DNA of 40,000 nucleotides from Lysinibacillus capsici (GTDB lineage Bacteria; Bacillota; Bacilli; Bacillales_A; Planococcaceae): NCBI RefSeq assembly GCF_003367505.1, contig NZ_PXXX01000022.1, positions 17,625 to 57,624 of the forward strand, read 5' to 3'. Shown piece by piece: positions 35,947 to 40,000 of this stretch (position 1 is its first letter; each line of letters starts with the position of its first letter). The notes under the pieces were generated by a model. It saw only the letters and a program-made list of their open reading frames with translations, ran no database searches and was not told where the DNA came from. The position numbers and the translations under genes were made by a program.

Positions 35947-36164
35947 TGGCGATTGAACGCAGACCACGACTACCAGACGGTACACTAGGCGCAGTAGAAA
36001 AGCTAGGGCAAGGCGAAACAGCTAGTGAAAGGGTTGAGCGCTTAGAGGCGGAAAATGCGTCTCTAACGCTTGCTCTTATTGAAAAAGATGTCCGTATAGA
36101 TACTATTGAAGCGATCCAAGCAGAAATTATACTACAACTATTAGGAGGCGTACCGAATGAATGA
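35946..36164 (+). CDS. Hypothetical coiled-coil protein (XkdW position)
   Basis: 72 aa with start/stop overlap. Confidence 0.5.
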   Translation: MAIERRPRLPDGTLGAVEKLGQGETASERVERLEAENASLTLALIEKDVRIDTIEAIQAEIILQLLGGVPNE

Positions 36165-36303
36165 CGTATACTACAACGCAGCTAAAGCGTACTATCCACG
36201 ATTTTATACGAAAGATAACGTGAAGTTATTCGTTGTTGCTGGCAAGATTACGGAGGAACAGTATAAAGAGATCACAGGCGATAAGTATACGCCTTTAAAA
36301 TAA
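36157..36303 (+). CDS. XkdX-family small protein
   Basis: 48 aa: MNDVYYNAAKAYYPRFYTKDNVKLFVVAGKITEEQYKEITGDKYTPLK. It fits the XkdX pattern (Y..FYTK..V..FV..GKIT.EQY.EITG) and is below the ORF-track cutoff. Confidence 0.6.
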   Translation: MNDVYYNAAKAYYPRFYTKDNVKLFVVAGKITEEQYKEITGDKYTPLK

Positions 36304-36312
36304 TCAGAAGGC

Positions 36313-36341
36313 GCCTTCCGTATCCTATGCGGAGGGCTTTT
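36313..36341 (+). terminator. Rho-independent terminator after the tail module
   Basis: GCCTTCCG-9 nt-CGGAGGGC followed by TTTT. Confidence 0.65.
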
Positions 36342-36364
36342 ATAATGAAGAAAGTAGGTGCTAT

Positions 36365-36652
36365 ATGAGTATTGAACTGTCCTTGTTTTTTGGCGCTACA
36401 GGTGCCTTTCTAGGTATTGTCGGGGTAATTGTTGCGATGAAAAAAGATAGTAAAAATCAAGGAGCAACGGAAGCAAGCATCTCGTCTAAGGTTGATTATA
36501 TAGTGCGAGGTGTAGACGACATAAAACTTGATTTTAAAGATCAAGCAAGAAAAATAGAGGCTCATAATGATCGTTTAATCCGTGTAGAAGAATCAAGTAA
36601 ACAAGCACACAAAAGACTGGATAAGATCGAGGGGAAAGCGAATGAAAATTAA
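36365..36652 (+). CDS. Membrane-anchored coiled-coil lysis-cassette protein (XhlA position, but TM at the N-terminus)
   Basis: 95 aa with an N-terminal TM and a coiled coil. It overlaps the holin start. Confidence 0.55.
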   Translation: MSIELSLFFGATGAFLGIVGVIVAMKKDSKNQGATEASISSKVDYIVRGVDDIKLDFKDQARKIEAHNDRLIRVEESSKQAHKRLDKIEGKANEN

Positions 36653-36902
36653 CTGGAAAGTACGACTTCAACATAAACAATTTTGGGTATCATTAATTGC
36701 ATTACTACTTGTGCTTGCGAATCAAATCGCAGGCATTTTTAATGTCGATATTACAATTTACAATGACCAATTTACAGCTATTTCAGAGACGATTCTAAGC
36801 ATTTTAGGATTACTTGGTATTATTATTGACCCAACCACAAAAGGGGCGTCAGACAGTCTAAAAGCGATGTATTATGACAAACCAAAGGATGATGCAAAAT
36901 GA
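36642..36902 (+). CDS. Holin (phi LC3 / XhlB-type)
   Basis: MKINWKVRLQHKQFW..., two TM helices, and the DPTTKGASDS motif typical of this holin family. Confidence 0.8.
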   Translation: MKINWKVRLQHKQFWVSLIALLLVLANQIAGIFNVDITIYNDQFTAISETILSILGLLGIIIDPTTKGASDSLKAMYYDKPKDDAK

Positions 36903-37567
36903 CGAGCATTACTACTACATGCCGTGATATTTTGGAGTTATTACCTGCTGCACAAACTGCCTGTCGATTGTTGTTTCAGGAGTGTTTTAAAGCAGGTATT
37001 AAGAACATTTTTATTACTGAAACATATCGCTCACAGGAACGACAAAAGTACCTCTATGAACAAGGTAGAACGCGTCCTGGTAATATCGTTACTTGGACAT
37101 TAAACAGTAATCATAATTCACGTCTAGCATGGGATATTGCTGTTGGCCCTCCAAAGTCTTTATATGATGTAACAACATTAAATCGAGTGGGTGCAATTGC
37201 ACGAAAGCTGGGTATTACATGGGGTGGTGTTTGGTCAGCCCAAATTGACCGTCCTCACTTTGAAGTTAAACCGAATTGGATTATGCCAAAGGGATACAAA
37301 ATAGAAGGACAAGTGATCATTCCAACAACAAGTAAATATCCAGTGCAATTAATTGTGGAAAGCAATACAGCTAAACCAATAACAAAGGATGATGACGTTA
37401 TGAAATTTACTAATGAAACACTTAAATCTGCAGTTCGGGATTACCTCAAACAAGCAGTAGACAAAAAACTTATTGATAAATCACATCTTGAAAAATTTGA
37501 TGCTGGTACATTAACCGATGGTGATTTTAAAGGTTTAGAAATTATCATTGCACAACGTAGTAATTAA
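36899..37567 (+). CDS. Endolysin: LAS-type L-alanyl-D-glutamate peptidase (VanY/M15-like) with a C-terminal wall-binding domain
   Basis: ETYRSQERQ..., SNHNSRLAWD, WGGVW...DRPHFE. Located directly after the holin. Confidence 0.85.
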   Translation: MTSITTTCRDILELLPAAQTACRLLFQECFKAGIKNIFITETYRSQERQKYLYEQGRTRPGNIVTWTLNSNHNSRLAWDIAVGPPKSLYDVTTLNRVGAIARKLGITWGGVWSAQIDRPHFEVKPNWIMPKGYKIEGQVIIPTTSKYPVQLIVESNTAKPITKDDDVMKFTNETLKSAVRDYLKQAVDKKLIDKSHLEKFDAGTLTDGDFKGLEIIIAQRSN

Positions 37568-37572
37568 AAGGT

Positions 37573-37617
37573 AAAGACCAAGATAGCTGAATTGCTTTCT
37601 TGGTCTTTATTTATTTT
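37573..37617. terminator. Bidirectional terminator between the endolysin and the convergent membrane-protein gene
   Basis: AAAGACCAAGA-14 nt-TCTTGGTCTTT followed by atttatttt. Confidence 0.75.
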
Positions 37618-37639
37618 GATTCTTCTTTATTATTTTCAA

Positions 37640-38110
37640 TTATTGAGCTTTTTTATCAAAGAATAAATTTAAATCTGTTTTGTCAGTATCTTCAGCTAAA
37701 GCTGCGTGTATATATTGGTTTAATTCCTTTATTTTGGTTTTTTCAAAAAATGGCACACTTATGTAATATGGTGTTCCTGATTTCTCTATGTTTAATATCG
37801 TTTGAATGCCACTACCAGCAATTCCGACACCAATAATTAGCCAAATTAAACCACCGAAAAAGCTTTCGCCTATAGATGAAAGTCCAAGTAAAGCAAAAAA
37901 TAATCCAATAATTATTGCTTTGAGATTATATTTTGAAGATAACATTGATCCAGAAATATTCTTCAGAGGTATACTTTGTTCATCTTTACCCGCTGGAATA
38001 AATCCTAGAATTGTGTTTGATAAATTGGTTTTTACAAATCTGTTATCAACTTCTACGGCTCCTTTCACCCAAAAAAATAATAGACTGGTTGAAAAACTTA
38101 TTTTCTTCAT
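37640..38110 (-). CDS. Membrane protein of unknown function (independently expressed accessory gene)
   Basis: 156 aa with two central TM helices. SD aagggga. It has its own extended -10 promoter. Confidence 0.7.
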   Translation of the reverse strand: MKKISFSTSLLFFWVKGAVEVDNRFVKTNLSNTILGFIPAGKDEQSIPLKNISGSMLSSKYNLKAIIIGLFFALLGLSSIGESFFGGLIWLIIGVGIAGSGIQTILNIEKSGTPYYISVPFFEKTKIKELNQYIHAALAEDTDKTDLNLFFDKKAQ

Positions 38111-38155
38111 GTTATAATTTCCCCTTTTATGTATTAATTTGTGTGGCTAAATATG

Positions 38156-38184
38156 ACTATACCAAATTACCCAAAACATGTCAG
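38156..38184 (-). promoter_or_regulatory. Sigma-A promoter with extended -10 for the 38110-37640 gene
   Basis: The minus strand reads CTGACA (38184-38179), 17 nt, then TATAGT (38161-38156), preceded by TGg. Confidence 0.65.
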
Positions 38185-38243
38185 TAAAATTTTTTATAAA
38201 AACAGACCAATGTGATTAGTTATTTTATTAACTAATAAAACCT

Positions 38244-38716
38244 AGGACTCATCATACATCACGTAGAGCATGGGATGTTGCAGTAGCGCCACCAAGAAAT
38301 TTATATGATATTTCAACTTTATCAAAGGTAGGGGCAATTGCTAAAAAGTTAGGTATTACATGGGGAGGATATTGGCAAGCAGGACAGAATGATGCTCCAC
38401 ACTTCGAAATTCCTACTACTTGGAAAATGTCTGCTGGATATAAACTCGAAGGTCAAGTTATAGTACCGATAAGTAGTTCTGTAAGAGTGCAACTTATTGT
38501 AGAGGATAAACCACAACAAACTGAAGAGGATGATGACATTATGAAATTCACTAGCACAACTACAAAAGCTGCAGTACGTGACTATATTCAACAAGCAGTC
38601 TCTAAAGGGTTAATTGATAAATCTTGGTTGGAGAAATTCGATAATGGCACAATAACAAGTGGTGATTTTGAAGGATTGAAATTCTCATTGCACAACGTAG
38701 CGCTTAACAGAAAAGA
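38244..38716 (+). pseudogene. 5'-truncated, frameshifted endolysin remnant (paralogue of 36899-37567)
   Basis: It translates to HHTSRRAWDVAVAPP...ITWGGYW...APHFE...MKFTSTTTKAAVRDYIQQAV, colinear with aa ~70-222 of the intact endolysin. It has no N-terminus or start. A 1-nt deletion near 38690 shifts the last codons (restored reading: ...GLKILIAQRSA*). Confidence 0.85.
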
Positions 38717-38755
38717 GCCCAGATACTCAATTATTTTTGAGGCCTGGGCTTACTT

Positions 38756-38932
38756 TTAGTTGAAGTTTATAGCTAAAATTATATCGATTAATATAGGGAT
38801 AATGCTTGAAAAAGATAAAAGTCCTTTTTTTATTAAAGGTCTCTTTTCATTACTTTCCGAGGAAGATAAGTAATTATTAACCTGAATGTTAATTGTTATT
38901 TGTTCTTTTCTGTGATTAATTTTATTTGTCAT
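38756..38932 (-). CDS. Doubtful small tail-anchored protein
   Basis: 58 aa from ATG 38932 with a C-terminal hydrophobic stretch. The SD is weak and distant, and the context is AT-rich. Confidence 0.25.
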   Translation of the reverse strand: MTNKINHRKEQITINIQVNNYLSSSESNEKRPLIKKGLLSFSSIIPILIDIILAINFN

Positions 38933-39127
38933 ATTTAATATCAACCTTTCTAAAATTTAATTAGGTGTGGGCCTATATATAATTTTAAAGAAGATTTTTT
39001 TTATAAAAAAATACAAGAAAAGAACCTTTGGGGATGATCTTGTTAATTTTTAATCTGATTTACTTGTTATTTAGTTTTAAACTTAAAATATTATTTATGA
39101 GAACATTGAAAATAAGTATTTTAGTAC

Positions 39128-39164
39128 GTTTCATGAAACAAAATTTTTTTATGTTTCATGAAAC
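39128..39164. promoter_or_regulatory. Two copies of the 12-bp perfect palindrome GTTTCATGAAAC (operator-like)
   Basis: Copies at 39128-39139 and 39153-39164, centres 25 bp apart. The second extends to a 16-bp palindrome, ATGTTTCATGAAACAT. Confidence 0.6.
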
Positions 39165-39379
39165 ATTTTTTTTATTATCTAGTGATTTAATTGTGCCACA
39201 GCTAGCAACGATTAAGTGACTACCTATGCAAACATGGCATTGAAACCGCAGGTGGAAAAATTGTTAAATCAACATTTAAACAAAGAACTACAAACTTAAT
39301 TACCACTCATTCCTTGATTTACATGTATTTTTGTTCTGACAAGGATAGTATCGTCAGTTATGTTTAACCATGCCATTCC

Positions 39380-40000
39380 TTATTCACGCCAGTTTAAATC
39401 TATGAAGCTACTGATGGCATCTTTAATTCTGTTAACAGGCGAACCTACCTCATCCACTACATGAGCCAATAGGGAGGCCCAGGAGTGATGCGATTCACCA
39501 TTTCTATTTACATACCTTAAGATCTCTTTAAACTCTCTCAATTGCGATTCAGATAATTCCTGTTGTAAAAATTCTTTTATATAAGAATTTACAAAGCGTG
39601 CCTGGCTCATACTGATTTCTAATAGAATTGCAGTTGCTCTTGATACTGTACAATCTAGTGAAAATGCTAATAAAGCTATTGCAGAATACTCACTTTGAGA
39701 AAACCTAATAGTTACCCTTTCACCTGGAACATTGATTCGTTTACTAATAGTTTTGTTAGTAACATGGCCTCGAAACATAGTGTTGTCGAATAGTAAATCT
39801 CGCTTGAAAAATTGGGACAAGTGTTCAATCGTTTTCCGATCTTTAATAACAAACATACATAGTGATGGGCAAACATCTTTGACTGGGGTGTAGGTAATGT
39901 TCGATAAACGATAAATTGCATCTTTTAAATCCAATTTTAGAGTGGGCTTTACATCACGTTTTTTATCTGAGCGTTGACCTCTTACTCCCTTTTTTTCCAC
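39380..40000 (-). CDS. Hypothetical protein (possibly truncated by the window edge)
   Basis: 206+ aa ORF open to the window end. Two segments look like ribbon-helix-helix beta-strand leaders (TLKLDLKDAIYRLS, RVTIRFSQSEYSAIALLA). No family recognised. Confidence 0.6.
   Translation of the reverse strand: MEKKGVRGQRSDKKRDVKPTLKLDLKDAIYRLSNITYTPVKDVCPSLCMFVIKDRKTIEHLSQFFKRDLLFDNTMFRGHVTNKTISKRINVPGERVTIRFSQSEYSAIALLAFSLDCTVSRATAILLEISMSQARFVNSYIKEFLQQELSESQLREFKEILRYVNRNGESHHSWASLLAHVVDEVGSPVNRIKDAISSFIDLNWRE

Noticed and set aside
37600-38117. Two + strand ORFs (37600-37836, 37806-38117)
   Set aside because: They are antisense to the membrane-protein gene, which has a promoter, SD and terminator. 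Their translations are low-complexity.
38726-38760. Hairpin AGCCCAG/CTGGGCT considered as a terminator
   Set aside because: The loop is 21 nt, the T-run is weak, and it overlaps the end of the doubtful minus-strand ORF. This is too weak to call.
39028-39219. 63-aa + strand ORF
   Set aside because: It lies in extremely AT-rich DNA with no SD and a Phe/Leu/Ile/Lys-only composition, and it spans the twin palindromes. I treat it as regulatory DNA.
39229-39375. Imperfect inverted repeat (ACATGGCAT ... ATGCCATGG) considered as transposon ends or an att core
   Set aside because: Only 8-9 bp match, with a mismatch, and no transposase or integrase is nearby. It is within chance expectation.

Overview
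The window is almost entirely a tailed-phage or prophage genome of the Bacillus/Firmicutes type, transcribed mainly on the + strand. NrdE closely resembles Bacillus class Ib NrdE, and the tail and lysis modules follow the gene order of the Bacillus subtilis defective prophage PBSX (xkd genes). Layout: (1) 1-9.5 kb holds nucleotide metabolism and DNA modification genes (nrdI-nrdE-nrdF, PhoH-like ATPase, dimeric dUTPase, ThyX-like protein, 3D-domain protein, DUF1599-like protein, and a long C5 cytosine methyltransferase with an enlarged target-recognition region). (2) 9.8-10.6 kb holds a sigma region-4-like late regulator. (3) 10.6-13.1 kb is an AT-rich accessory island with a tiny hydrophobic peptide, a candidate antisense sRNA, an HTH protein, a Rep-like winged-helix protein followed by an iteron/AT-repeat/hairpin origin-like array, and an antisense two-gene operon of small membrane proteins. 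(4) 13.1-36.3 kb holds a complete packaging, head and contractile-tail module. (5) 36.4-37.6 kb is the lysis cassette. (6) 37.6-40 kb holds an independently promoted membrane-protein gene, a 5'-truncated and frameshifted second endolysin copy, twin palindromic operator-like sites, and a partial unknown gene. Most notable: the tape measure gene is split into three exons by two ORF-less group I-like introns. The MuF head-morphogenesis protein carries an AT-rich C-terminal EndoU-like toxin domain followed by a translationally coupled immunity candidate. The accessory island contains a plasmid-like replicon and putative toxin-like small genes. All calls rest on reading the sequence and ORF translations; no database search was run.
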